This document shows, one piece after another, positions 20,818 to 31,068 of a stretch of 64,000 bases of DNA. A model generated the notes under the pieces. The model saw nothing but the letters and a program-made list of their open reading frames with translations. It was not told the origin of the DNA and did no database searches. The stretch comes from an uncultured Alphaproteobacteria bacterium (GTDB taxonomy: Bacteria > Pseudomonadota > Alphaproteobacteria > Rhizobiales > Rhodomicrobiaceae), in NCBI GenBank assembly GCA_963706665.1, contig CAVPNP010000026.1:4678-68677 (forward strand). The letters run 5' to 3'. The stretch's first letter is position 1, and every line of letters starts with the position of its first letter. Both the position numbers and the translations under genes were made by a program.

Positions 20818-21105
20818 ATGGAAGGTCCGCCAATTTCACGCGGTTTTAAATCTCGCCGTCAGGCCGAAGCGTCCCGTGACCGCGTGCTGCAAGGCCAGCA
20901 TGTTACGACAGATTTCCCCGTTCTGACCTCAGGTCCGACACCAAACATCAAGGTAGCGAATTGGAGCCTTGCGCTTCAGCTTGGCGGCTCGCTCATTGGC
21001 AAATGGAGCTGGGCCGAGTTCGAGGCGCTTCCGCAGACCACGATCAAAACCGACATTCAGCCAAGACGTATGTCTGCGGTTCAAATTCCCTCGTGGAAAC
21101 AGTAA
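20818..21105 (+). pseudogene. N-terminal fragment of a sulfite-oxidase-family molybdopterin oxidoreductase
   Basis: GQHVTTDFPVL...WSWAEFEALPQ...TDI breaks off just before the expected Mo-ligand Cys motif. Confidence 0.6.
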
Positions 21106-21217
21106 CGACCAACCTTGTTGCGCTGGGGCCATCCATTACGCATCAAAACTGAACGTTTCGGCCCCTCAGGCTAGGCGAGAAAAACGAAGAAGGACAAGCT
21201 CAATTCCGCTTGATACC

Positions 21218-21242
21218 GGAACCGAAACCGCCGCAACGAGTT
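21218..21242 (+). promoter_or_regulatory. Putative EcfG/RpoE2-type general stress promoter
   Basis: GGAAC-N16-AGTT about 40 nt upstream of the PRC-barrel gene. Confidence 0.45.
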
Positions 21243-21281
21243 TTCTTTCTTGTTCGCGCCGTTGTTCCGGAGGATACGCCC

Positions 21282-21749
21282 ATGAAATATCTTACGGCGA
21301 TTGTTCTTCTTGTCTTGGCCTTCACTCCTGCGGCTGCGCAGACAGCAGCGCCAGGAACCGAGACGCCCGCACCTTCGGTAACTCCAGTCCCGCCTGTTTC
21401 CACCCCGGCCAGCAATTTTGTAACGCACCAAACCCAGGACCAATGGCTCGTTGGCAATGTCTGGGGCAAGCGCGTTTATAACGCCGCTGGCCAAGGCATC
21501 GGCGACGTGAAGGATGTGCTGATCGGCCGTGATGGCAAGGTCGCCGGTGTGGTCATCGGCGTGGGAGGCTTTCTTGGGCTTGGGGAGAAAAACGTGGCCG
21601 TTGACTTCGATTTTCTGCAGAAAAATGGAAGCATCGGGGGCGACCGCATCGTCCTCGGCATGAACGAGCAAGATCTTCGTGCAGCCCCGGACTTTCAACG
21701 TATAAAGCCGGCCGGTTCGACGAGTCCAAGTAGTAACCGCACGCAGTAG
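21282..21749 (+). CDS. Exported PRC-barrel domain protein
   Basis: Signal peptide; VYNAAGQGIGDVKDVLI, GVGGFLGLGEK; GGAGG RBS. Confidence 0.9.
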   Translation: MKYLTAIVLLVLAFTPAAAQTAAPGTETPAPSVTPVPPVSTPASNFVTHQTQDQWLVGNVWGKRVYNAAGQGIGDVKDVLIGRDGKVAGVVIGVGGFLGLGEKNVAVDFDFLQKNGSIGGDRIVLGMNEQDLRAAPDFQRIKPAGSTSPSSNRTQ

Positions 21750-21864
21750 GCAATCCTACCGAAAATCAGGGCATCGTCGCTTTCACTACCACGGCGGAGG
21801 GGGAACTTATTATCTGCCCATGTCTTAGGAGGAAGACAGCACATCAAGAAAAAAGGACCTCGAA

Positions 21865-22356
21865 ATGACAACAACACACAATCTTCAAGAGCTTTTTCTT
21901 AGTACGCTTCAGGACATCTATAACGGAGAAAAGCAGATCCTGCGGGCGCTTCCAAAAATGGCCAAGAGTGCATCTGCACCGGAGCTGAAAAAGGCTTTCG
22001 AACACCACTACAAGCAGACGGAAGATCACATCGAACGGCTGCAGAAGGTATTCGCATTGATGGACAAGAGCGCGCGCGGGCGGACCTGTGAGGCCGTTGA
22101 AGGTCTCATTGAGGAAGGCAAGGAGGTCATGACTGAGGCGCAAACGCCTGAGGTGATGGACGCAGGTCTAATCGCCGCTGGGCAGGCCGTTGAACATTAT
22201 GAGATCGCGCGCTATGGCACGCTACGAACATGGGCCGAACAGCTCGGCATGAACGAGGCGGCAAAGCTTCTCGAACAAACGCTTAAAGAAGAGAAGGAAA
22301 CGGACAAACTTCTGACCCAGATAGCCGTGCGTGGCGCGAACCGTAAAGCGGCATAG
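21865..22356 (+). CDS. yciF: Ferritin-like DUF892 (YciE/YciF) stress protein
   Basis: LQDIYNGEKQ, CEAVEGLIEE, EHYEIARYGTL. Confidence 0.88.
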   Translation: MTTTHNLQELFLSTLQDIYNGEKQILRALPKMAKSASAPELKKAFEHHYKQTEDHIERLQKVFALMDKSARGRTCEAVEGLIEEGKEVMTEAQTPEVMDAGLIAAGQAVEHYEIARYGTLRTWAEQLGMNEAAKLLEQTLKEEKETDKLLTQIAVRGANRKAA

Positions 22357-22499
22357 GACGACGCTTGCAAATCAGAGAAACGCGGCTGCCATATGCCGCC
22401 TGAGTTGTGTTCAGCGTTTATTGGAAGTAATGAATAACTCCCGGGGCGGACATGGTTATCTTGCGCCTCCGAATTTAACTTTCCGCCGAGTGAAGCCGC

Positions 22500-22979
22500 T
22501 TGAACGAAGATCGCACCCTAAATGCCGCGGCGTGGCCCGATCTGTCGGGCCATTTTTCTGACGGGCACCACGTGCTTCCCGTGCGGGTCTATTTCGAAGA
22601 CACCGACTTCTCCGGCGTCGTCTATCACACCTCCTATATGCGCTGGTGTGAGCGGGGCCGCTCCGACTATCTGCGACTCGCGGGCATTTCACATACGGCC
22701 TTATCGCAAGGGGCGCTTTCCGGCGAGCCATCGGCATTTGCGGTGCGCCGCATCAAGGCGGATTTTCTGAAACCTGCGCGGATCGATGATGTGCTGGAGG
22801 TTCGGACGCAATGCGGCGAAGTTACGAAGGCCAGCATCACGCTGAGCCAAACGATAACGCGCGATGGCAAACCTATCTTCGGCTTGGAAGCGCAATGTGT
22901 TTTGATTGGCGCTGGCGGAAAACTTCTGCGCTTGCCGCAAAATCTGATGCAACTGCTTCCTCGCGCAGCGCACTGTTAG
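22500..22979 (+). CDS. ybgC: YbgC-family acyl-CoA thioesterase
   Basis: RVYFEDTDFSGVVYH, ERGRS, PARIDD. Confidence 0.85.
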   Translation: MNEDRTLNAAAWPDLSGHFSDGHHVLPVRVYFEDTDFSGVVYHTSYMRWCERGRSDYLRLAGISHTALSQGALSGEPSAFAVRRIKADFLKPARIDDVLEVRTQCGEVTKASITLSQTITRDGKPIFGLEAQCVLIGAGGKLLRLPQNLMQLLPRAAHC

Positions 22980-23031
22980 TCTACGAACGATTAGATTTTT
23001 TCGCGCGGGGAAATCGGTTAAAATTGATCCC

Positions 23032-24657
23032 ATGAGCACCGCATATACTCAAAATCTCGATAAAACCGCAGCCAATTTTCAGCCGCTTACGCCGCTCAGT
23101 TTTTTGAGCCGCGCCGCACAGGTTTTCCCTGATCACACAGCGGTGGTGCATGGGACGCAGTCCTATAGCTATGCGCAGCTTTATGCGCGATCGAGGCAAC
23201 TTGCTTCCGCCCTCGCACGGCTCGGCATTGGCAAGAACGACACCGTCTCGGTTATGCTGCCCAATACGCCGCCAATGATCGAGGCCAAGTTTGGCGTGCC
23301 GATGACCGGGGCGGTTCTGCACTCCATGAATACCCGGCTCGACGCTGCCAATATCGCCTTTATGATCGACCACGCGGAAACGAAGGTTCTGATCACCGAC
23401 ACCGAATATGCGGGCGTCGTGAGTGAGGCTCTCAAGCTCGCTACGCGCAGGCCGAAGATCATCGATTATGCCGATGCTGTCTTTCCGGGCCTTGGCGCGC
23501 GGTTAAGCGAAATCGAATATGAGGCGTTTCTGGCCACCGGCGACCCGGAATACGCCTGGAAGATGCCCAATGATGAATGGGATGCGATCACCCTTAACTA
23601 CACTTCAGGCACAACAGGAAATCCAAAGGGCGTCGTCTATCATCATCGCGGGGCCTATCTCCTGAGCCTCGGGAACACCTTGGCAGGCGGGATCGGCAAG
23701 CATCCCCGATACCTCTGGACGCTGCCGATGTTCCATTGCGACGGTTGGTGCTTCCCTTGGACGATCCCGATCCTAGCCGGAACCCAGGTGTGCCTGCGCT
23801 ATGTCCGGGCTGACGCTATTTGGCACGCGCTTGCAGAACACCGGATCACGCATCTGTGCGGCGCGCCGATTGTGATGTCGACGATCCTGAATGCGCCCGC
23901 CGAGGTCAAGAGGCCGCTCGCCGAACGCGTGAAGTTTTTGACTGCGGCTGCGCCGCCTCCTGAAACCGTGCTCGCCGCAATGCGCGATGCGGGCTTCGAC
24001 GTCACGCATGTTTACGGCCTTACCGAAGTTTACGGCCCGGCTGTCGTTAACGAATGGAAAAATGAGTGGGACCAGCTCGATCCGGCGGCGCAGGCCCAGA
24101 AAAAAGCTCGCCAGGGCGTGCGTTATGTGCCGCTTGAGGATCTCGCAGTGCTCGATCCGAAAACGATGACCCCCGTTCCGGCTGACGGCGAAACTTTGGG
24201 CGAGGTCATGTTTCGCGGCAATGTGGTCATGAAGGGCTATCTCAAAAATAAGGCCGCGACAGAAGAAGCGCTTGCCGGGGGCTGGTTCCACTCCGGCGAC
24301 CTCGGAGTGATGCATCCAGACGGATATGTCCAGCTCAAGGATCGCTCGAAGGACATCATCATTTCAGGCGGCGAGAATATCTCGTCCATCGAACTGGAAG
24401 ATGTGCTCTATAAACATCCTGCCGTCCAAGCCGCCGCCGTGGTGGCAAAACCGGATGCAAAGTGGGGCGAAACGCCCTGCGCGTTTATCGAGCTGAAGCC
24501 TGGGCACAACCCGACGGCCGAAGAACTTATTGAACACTGCCGCCAGCATGTTGCGCATTACAAGGCGCCACGCTTCGTGGTGTTCGCCGAATTGCCGAAG
24601 ACCTCCACGGGCAAAATCCAGAAATTCGCTCTGCGTCAGATGGCTAAGGACCTGTAG
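23032..24657 (+). CDS. Acyl-CoA synthetase (AMP-forming)
   Basis: YTSGTTGNPKG, YGLTE, WFHSGD, KDIIISGGENI, PKTSTGKIQK. Confidence 0.92.
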   Translation: MSTAYTQNLDKTAANFQPLTPLSFLSRAAQVFPDHTAVVHGTQSYSYAQLYARSRQLASALARLGIGKNDTVSVMLPNTPPMIEAKFGVPMTGAVLHSMNTRLDAANIAFMIDHAETKVLITDTEYAGVVSEALKLATRRPKIIDYADAVFPGLGARLSEIEYEAFLATGDPEYAWKMPNDEWDAITLNYTSGTTGNPKGVVYHHRGAYLLSLGNTLAGGIGKHPRYLWTLPMFHCDGWCFPWTIPILAGTQVCLRYVRADAIWHALAEHRITHLCGAPIVMSTILNAPAEVKRPLAERVKFLTAAAPPPETVLAAMRDAGFDVTHVYGLTEVYGPAVVNEWKNEWDQLDPAAQAQKKARQGVRYVPLEDLAVLDPKTMTPVPADGETLGEVMFRGNVVMKGYLKNKAATEEALAGGWFHSGDLGVMHPDGYVQLKDRSKDIIISGGENISSIELEDVLYKHPAVQAAAVVAKPDAKWGETPCAFIELKPGHNPTAEELIEHCRQHVAHYKAPRFVVFAELPKTSTGKIQKFALRQMAKDL

Positions 24658-24959
24658 CGGCTGATACTCATCGGTGGTTCAAACCGCGCGGGTTGTGTGG
24701 GCAGAAGCTATGTCCGCAGCACATGAGAACCGAGCTTAGCCTTGGCATAGGCGACCAGGACTATTTTGAGCTCAGAAATGAGAGTTGCGCGTTGCGAGGG
24801 ATCGGCCTTGTCCAAGTTCGCAATGGAGCGGAGCAAGCCTCTCGCATCGGCGCGGTGACGCCTGGGAAAGCCTCGGCAAAAACGGCTATGAAACTTCCGC
24901 CGATCGGGTAATTGCATTGTTGGCTACGCAGCGCCCCCCAACTGTGCAGGATTTGAGAA

Positions 24960-25196
24960 TCAGTCCGATTTGCCGCTCTTGGACATACAGGACCACAAAG
25001 CCGCAACTGTAGGCGAGCGGACACAGTCATCCGGCTCCTCTTTTGCGGGAGGTGCGGAAGCAGCAGCAGTGGTGGTCGTAAAAGGAGGAGTAGATATTTG
25101 CTTTTGCGCGGCAACCTCAGTCCGCGCGTAATCCGTTGCACAACTTGGCAACAATATTGTTGCAAGCATCAATAAACAAACACGGACCATGCCCAA
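24960..25196 (-). CDS. Small putative lipoprotein
   Basis: Hydrophobic leader ending LLPSC (lipobox-like), Thr/Ala/Pro linker. Confidence 0.45.
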   Translation of the reverse strand: MGMVRVCLLMLATILLPSCATDYARTEVAAQKQISTPPFTTTTAAASAPPAKEEPDDCVRSPTVAALWSCMSKSGKSD

Positions 25197-25380
25197 CCTC
25201 CGTGCAAGAGTCAGAGAATGAGTTAGCAGCTAAGCTTAGGTTCAAGCAATCATTCAATTGTCGCGGTTTTGGTACGCTTGCTACCCGAGATCGTCCCCCA
25301 GTATACTCAATACTATCTGTGGCATCAGTGGTCCAAGCAACATGGCAGCGGCTTCCGCATGTCCCCATTCCATGAAGTCA

Positions 25381-26169
25381 TCAACGACGATAAGCAGCAG
25401 CGCCCTCTGGGTTCGCGGCGAGCCACGCACTCCATGTCTCGCCTCCGCTCTGACCTGAGACGGTCCGTAGCTTGGCAAACGCAGCAAGCGGTCCGGAACC
25501 TGGAATGGGAAGCGTTATCTTGCTCCGCCCACGCGCGTTAAGCCATTGCTGCGCCAGGACCTGTGACGAAAGCCGTTCTGGCCCATGAATGTCGGGTGCC
25601 CGCCCTTTAGGATTTGCGAGCGCGTTGTCCGCAATGCGGTCTGCCACAAATGAAACGCTGACGGGCTGAAGCGTGAAGGCAGCACCAAGCAGGAAAGGCT
25701 CTGTGGACAGTTTCTGAAACAGAAAATCGACAAATGGATGAAACTGTGTAGCCCGAACAATGGTGTAAGGCCGTAAGCTAGCAGCAAGGCACGCTTCGCA
25801 GTCGAGCTTGGCCTGATAATAGGGATAGATCTTCGCAGCATCCTCGATCCCAGCGATGCCCACGAAAACGATGTGCGTTGATGTCAAGGTCGCCGCGAGG
25901 ATATTTTCCACCATGTGCACATCATCCTGCGGGCTTCGCGGATTGGATGCACAGTGGACGATGACATCAGCTCCAGCAAAAGCCGCCTCAAGACCTGTTA
26001 GTGCCAGAAGGTCACCGGCAACGAGGTTGCTGCTTTGCTGCGGATTGCCTGGGCTGGACCGGACAAGCCCCTAACATCAGTGTTTTTCGCCTTCAACGCC
26101 GTGAGAACTTCGCGGCCAAGAACGCCATTCGCTCCGGTAACAATCACGCGCAGCCATGCCGCCCCCATG
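25381..26169 (-). CDS. NAD(P)-binding atypical SDR/NmrA-like protein, frameshifted near 26060
   Basis: VIVTGANGVLG Rossmann motif, then in another frame GDLL..GADVIVHCAS, YYQAK, VRATQFH. Confidence 0.7.
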
Positions 26170-26630
26170 CCACTATCTGCCTCGCGAAAGGGAAGGACTG
26201 CGAGTTCCGGGATTCGCTCCACTCCAAGCTGGCGAAGTAGCGAGGCGAGATCATAGAAGAACTCCTCCGACACCATGAGGCCGTCCTTGAAGGTCACGAA
26301 AACAGTGAATGGAAGAGTGATCGGGTTTCCTGTGGCAGGGATATCGAGGAACGTGCCGATATGGGTGCCGCGCCAAGTCGCTTGGGCGACATAAACATCT
26401 TTAGACGCCCAGAAGGAGGATTGCCCCGGACCTCTCTCGACAGCCACATCGAACGAACGCCACCACTGGCGGTAATGCTCGGCAGCTCCGTCGCGGCCCA
26501 ACCAGACTTGGCCGGTGGCATGGTCGCGAAAGACGCAATCCGCGTGCAGGGTCGCAAGCGTTCCGTCGAGGTCTTGGGAGTTTTCCGCAATTAGATGGTT
26601 ACGGAGGATGTTTATGAACTCGGTTTCCAT
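26170..26630 (-). CDS. SnoaL-like ester cyclase (reads in frame into the SDR N-terminus)
   Basis: WRGTHIGTFLDIPATG, FKDGLMVSEEFFYD. Confidence 0.8.
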
Positions 26631-26704
26631 GGCACCCTATCTTGCTTCAGGAGTCAGAGGTTTCTATTATTCCAACTCTGATAACTTATAAGAGCTATGA
26701 TAAC

Positions 26705-27201
26705 ATGGTCAAGCGAAAAGCAAAGGCGTCGCCGCCGAACAAGCCCCGCGGATTCCAGAACCTGGAACTGGAAAGCGTGGCGCTTCGGGGCATATCGCTT
26801 ATTTGCTAAGGCAGGCGAGTGCAGCCGTGCGCTTGGAACTTGAGCGCGCGTTTTTGGAGTTCGATGTCACGTTGCCCCAGTTTTCAGTTCTCACGATGAT
26901 CGCTGCATACCCGCCGCTTTCCGGCGCGGATGTGGCTCGCCTCACCTTGCTCACGCCGCAGACTGTCAACGTAATCACCCAAAATCTCATTAAGCGGGGG
27001 ATGCTGACACAGCGGCCGGACGGAGTGCATGGACGCATTCTGCGGCTTGAGATGACAGAAAAGGGAAAACAGGTTCTTGAAGCGTGCAGGGTTCAAGCAG
27101 ACGGCGTGGAGGCTCGGCTGCTTTCGAACTTGACTGCAGACGACGAGAAGGCCGTTCGCGCGTGGCTCTCCAACATCGCGCAGAATTTCCTGTCACGCTA
27201 G
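26705..27201 (+). CDS. MarR-family transcriptional regulator, frameshifted near 26750
   Basis: GKRGASGHIAYLLRQA, TLPQFSVL, SGADVARLTLLTPQTVN, DGVHGR; ATG 26705 is out of frame with the body. Confidence 0.85.
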
Positions 27202-27375
27202 ACGCGACCAGCTCTTGTAAGCCCAACAACTGAGCAGTTGCGGACATAAAGCAAACTGTGCTGCTAAGTTAGAGCGTCTTCGATACGTTAACCGATGTGG
27301 CGCTCGAGGCTCACAGCGATAGCTGCACCCTTATTTGTTGGCCCTGAAGGCCGAGTTCATCCCTTGGAGACATCG

Positions 27376-28185
27376 ATGAAAGCAAGTTTCGACGACCTGT
27401 TCTCAATCAAAGGCAAGGTGGCGCTTGTTACTGGCGGCTCGCGCGGCATCGGAGAGATGATTGCGGCGGGATTTCTTGCCAACGGCGCAAAGGTCTACAT
27501 TTCATCGCGGAAGGCGGCCGCCTGCGCAGCGACGGCCGAACGGCTCAGCAAGGAATATGGTGGCACCTGTATTGCGCTGCCCGCCGATCTATCGCAGCTT
27601 GCCGGCATCGAGAGCCTCGCCAAGAGCCTGGGCGAGCACGAGCAATCTCTGGACATCCTCGTCAACAATGCAGGCGCGGCCTGGGGCGCACCCATCGATA
27701 CGTTCCCCGAGGCAGGGTGGGACAAGGTGATGGATACGAATGTGAAGGGTGTGTTCTTCCTGACCCAAAAGCTGCTGCCGCAATTGCGACGGGCCGCGAG
27801 CGCCGCAAGCCCTGCACGCGTCGTAAACATCGGCTCGATCGACGGGATCAAGACCGCTGCCTTCGAAACCTACTCCTACGGTGCCTCCAAAGCGGCGGTC
27901 CATCATTTGACACGCTTTCTCGCGGCGCAGCTGTCGCGCGAGCACATCGTTTGTAATGCCATCGCGCCAGGGCCGTTCCCGACCTGGATGCTGAGCACCG
28001 GCGTCGGATTTGGTGGCGAGACTGAAAATGTGGATTGGGAAGGTGTCGGCGCGCGCAATCCGAGCGGACGCGTCGGATCGCCAGAGGACATTGCAGGGCT
28101 TGCAATTTTCCTTTGCTCGCGAGCCGGGCAATATGTGGTTGGCCAGACCATTGCTTGCGACGGCGGCATCGTCGCTTCGTCGTGA
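27376..28185 (+). CDS. SDR-family oxidoreductase
   Basis: TGGSRGIG, NNAG, YGASK. Confidence 0.9.
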   Translation: MKASFDDLFSIKGKVALVTGGSRGIGEMIAAGFLANGAKVYISSRKAAACAATAERLSKEYGGTCIALPADLSQLAGIESLAKSLGEHEQSLDILVNNAGAAWGAPIDTFPEAGWDKVMDTNVKGVFFLTQKLLPQLRRAASAASPARVVNIGSIDGIKTAAFETYSYGASKAAVHHLTRFLAAQLSREHIVCNAIAPGPFPTWMLSTGVGFGGETENVDWEGVGARNPSGRVGSPEDIAGLAIFLCSRAGQYVVGQTIACDGGIVASS

Positions 28186-28211
28186 GTTTTGGGTTGCGCC
28201 CTAAGGCTAAT

Positions 28212-28251
28212 AGATCGCGGATAAGCGCGATCGCTTTCCGCGATGACAACG
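28212..28251. repeat. Degenerate half-copy of the REP-like family
   Basis: AGATCGCG...CGCGATGACAACG resembles the GGATTGC...CGCAATGACAACG arm; between convergent genes. Confidence 0.4.
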
Positions 28252-28328
28252 TGCCTCTTCTTGGGCTGATCGCGATCAAATGCTGGTGCCGTCATAAGGC
28301 AAAACAGCAGCGGCTATTGTCGTTGGAG

Positions 28329-29798
28329 CTATTCGACCGGAGTAAACTGGCGAAGCACCTTTCCTGGGTTCATGATACCGCGCGGGTCGAACGCCGCTTT
28401 GATGCCCCGCATCAATTCCATTTCCACCGGACTCTTAATCATTTCCAGCGCCTCGGCCTTCATGCGCCCAACCCCGTGCTCAGCGCTGATCGAGCCGCCA
28501 TACTTCAAAACGATGCCGTGGACCACATCGGCCACCTTCTCCCATTGCGCGAGGAACGCCGCCTTATCCATGTCCTTCGGCTGCGAGATGTTGAAATGAA
28601 TGTTGCCGTCGCCGAAATGGCCGAATGGAACGGGACGCGCGCCCGGCACAAGCGCCGTAACGGCAGCGCTCGCCTCTTCGATGAAACGCGGCACAAGGGA
28701 GACCGGCACAGACACGTCATGCTTGATGCTGCCGCCCTCATATTTTTGTATTTCCGGCATCGTCTCGCGCATACGCCAGAATTCGTGCGCTTGCGCCTCG
28801 GAGGCCGCGACGGCGGCGTCGGCGACGATCCCCTTTTCGAGACATTTTTCCAGGAGCGTCATCGTTACGCTTTCTGCTAGTCCGCCCGGCACCGGCGACG
28901 ACACTTCGAAGAGCGCGTACCAAGGATGCGGCTCGGCCAAAGGATCGCGAAACTGCGTCTGATGCGTAAATAGGAAGTCGAGCATCATGCGCGGAATCAA
29001 TTCGAAGGCCGTCAGAAGAGACCCCACGTTTTCGAAAGCCGAATTAAATAATTGCGCCGCTGAATCGAGGCTCGGAAGCCCGGCGAAGACGGTTGCGACC
29101 TCCGCAGGGCGCGGGAACAGCTTCAGCGTAGCGGCTGTGATAACGCCAAGCGTTCCCTCAGAGCCAACGAGGAGGTTCTTCAAATCGTAGCCCGTGTTGT
29201 CCTTGCGCAGCGTTTTCAGGCCATTCCACACTTGGCCGCCCGGGAAGACCGCTTCCAGGCCAAAAACCAGATCGCGCGCATTGCCATAGTGCAGAACGTG
29301 GATGCCGCCCGCATTGGTCGCGAGATTACCGCCGATTTGGCAGGTGCCCTCAGAAGCGAGGCTCAAGGGAAAAAGGCGGTCCACGGCGGCTGCGGCGTCT
29401 TGCACTGATTTGAGCGTAACGCCGGCCTCGACAGTGATGGAGTTGCCCGGAGCGTCAACCGCGCGAATTGATTTCATGCGCTCAAGGCTCAGCACGATCT
29501 CGTCGCCGCTTTCGAACGGAATTTGGCCGCCTACAGCCCCAGTATTGCCGCCCTGAGGCACAATCGCAATGCGCTCTTCATGCGCAAGCGCGAGGATGGC
29601 GCTGACCTGCTCGACAGTCGTGGGCCGCAAGATCAGCGGTGAACTGCCCACATAGCGGTCGCGCCATTCGCGTAAATATGGCTCCTGCTCCTGCGGAGCA
29701 GTGATCGCTCCACCCTTCCCAACGATTGCCTCGAAGCGCGACAACAACTCGGCGGAAGGGGTGCGCAAGCTAAGGTTCATGGTGAGCGGCCTTTTCAT
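28329..29798 (-). CDS. FAD-binding oxidoreductase (GlcD / D-2-hydroxyacid dehydrogenase family)
   Basis: PQGGNTG, GGNLATNAGG, GSEGTLG, GHFGDGNIH, SAEHGVG, NPGK. Confidence 0.9.
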   Translation of the reverse strand: MKRPLTMNLSLRTPSAELLSRFEAIVGKGGAITAPQEQEPYLREWRDRYVGSSPLILRPTTVEQVSAILALAHEERIAIVPQGGNTGAVGGQIPFESGDEIVLSLERMKSIRAVDAPGNSITVEAGVTLKSVQDAAAAVDRLFPLSLASEGTCQIGGNLATNAGGIHVLHYGNARDLVFGLEAVFPGGQVWNGLKTLRKDNTGYDLKNLLVGSEGTLGVITAATLKLFPRPAEVATVFAGLPSLDSAAQLFNSAFENVGSLLTAFELIPRMMLDFLFTHQTQFRDPLAEPHPWYALFEVSSPVPGGLAESVTMTLLEKCLEKGIVADAAVAASEAQAHEFWRMRETMPEIQKYEGGSIKHDVSVPVSLVPRFIEEASAAVTALVPGARPVPFGHFGDGNIHFNISQPKDMDKAAFLAQWEKVADVVHGIVLKYGGSISAEHGVGRMKAEALEMIKSPVEMELMRGIKAAFDPRGIMNPGKVLRQFTPVE

Positions 29799-30459
29799 TC
29801 TTTATGGCGTGTAAAGCTTCAAAGCGGGCGAGAAAGTTATTTTGCGCGGCCGGGGCATCCCATGCCTCAAGACAGTCGAGTTCTTGCGGCAGCGCCGCGC
29901 GGGCAGTATTGGGATCGCCAAAATATCTTAGCGCGTCTGCATGGCTGAAGCCGGCGAGCTGCGTCGCCTCATGATAGGCGACGATTTTATCCGCCTTTTT
30001 AATGAGCTGGACAATAGGGGCCTGAAGCGCGGGCGGAATTTTGAACCGAAGGTGAATAGCCCTCGCAATTCGTTCCTCGAACGCCTTGTAATTCGCGCCC
30101 ATCGCGGTCTTGAACGGACTGATGAGGTCGCCGATCACATATTCCGCCGCATCATGGAGCAGTGCTGCGAGGCGCATCTGTTGTGAAAGGCCTGGCTTTA
30201 GAGCGGCGGCTGTCGCTTCCACTAACACCGAATGTTGCGCCACAGAAAACGCGTGCGCCCCTCGGGTCTGCCCATTCCAGCGTGCGACGCGCGCCAGACC
30301 TTGCGCGATATCTATGATCTCCACATCGAGCGGCGAGGGATCAAGGAGATCGAGCCTGCGGCCTGAGAGCATACGCTGCCACGCTCTTGGCGGCAGAGCA
30401 GACGTACGGGGGGGGACTAATGGCACTGGCTTCGGCGGCATGGACAATCTCGATTGCAT
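29770..30459 (-). CDS. HD-domain hydrolase (YfbR-like 5'-deoxynucleotidase)
   Basis: RAWQRMLSGRRLDLLDP, SVAQHS, LLHDAAEY. Confidence 0.85.
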   Translation of the reverse strand: MQSRLSMPPKPVPLVPPRTSALPPRAWQRMLSGRRLDLLDPSPLDVEIIDIAQGLARVARWNGQTRGAHAFSVAQHSVLVEATAAALKPGLSQQMRLAALLHDAAEYVIGDLISPFKTAMGANYKAFEERIARAIHLRFKIPPALQAPIVQLIKKADKIVAYHEATQLAGFSHADALRYFGDPNTARAALPQELDCLEAWDAPAAQNNFLARFEALHAIKNEKAAHHEP

Positions 30460-31068
30460 TTATTCCGGAAGATTGGGATGTGCTAAAGCCGCGCAAGCAT
30501 CATGACGATGGCAGGCGACGAGATGATCGTTTACCAGGCCGCAGGCTTGCATGAGCGAATAGGTTGTCGTCGGCCCGGTGAATTTGAAACCGCGCCGTTT
30601 CAGTTCTTTTGAGATGGTTCGGCTAAGCGGTGTCTCTGGCGGCACATTTCCTGAAGATTCGGGGCGGTTTTGAATGGCCTCGCCGTTAACAAAGCCCCAG
30701 AAAAAGCTCGCGAAACGTTGGCCCTGCCGCAAATCAAGATAGGCGCGCGCGTTTGAAATAGCCGCTTCGATCTTGCCCCGGTGACGGATGATCCCGGCAT
30801 TCGACAGCAGCTCGGCAATCTTCGCGTCACCATAGAGCGTGATTTTTTCCGGCTCGAAGCCATCAAAGGCTTTCCTGAAAGCTTCGCGCTTGCGCAGGAT
30901 CGTGATCCAGGACAATCCCGACTGAAACCCCTCCAAAATCATCTTCTCAAAAAATTCGAGATCGCGGGTTTTGGGCACGCCCCACTCTTCATCGTGATAG
31001 CGAACATAAAGCGCGTCGGTGCCCGCCCAAGGACAGCGGCATACATCTTGAGAGCTTTGCCTTTCCAT
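30460..31068 (-). CDS. tag: DNA-3-methyladenine glycosylase I
   Basis: RCPW, YHDEEWG, LEGFQSGLSW, GLVNDH. Confidence 0.95.
   Translation of the reverse strand: MERQSSQDVCRCPWAGTDALYVRYHDEEWGVPKTRDLEFFEKMILEGFQSGLSWITILRKREAFRKAFDGFEPEKITLYGDAKIAELLSNAGIIRHRGKIEAAISNARAYLDLRQGQRFASFFWGFVNGEAIQNRPESSGNVPPETPLSRTISKELKRRGFKFTGPTTTYSLMQACGLVNDHLVACHRHDACAALAHPNLPE

Noticed and set aside
24708-24917. Possible remnant of a regulator C-terminus (RATLISELKIVLVAY)
   Set aside because: Too short, with no start context or HTH to support a call
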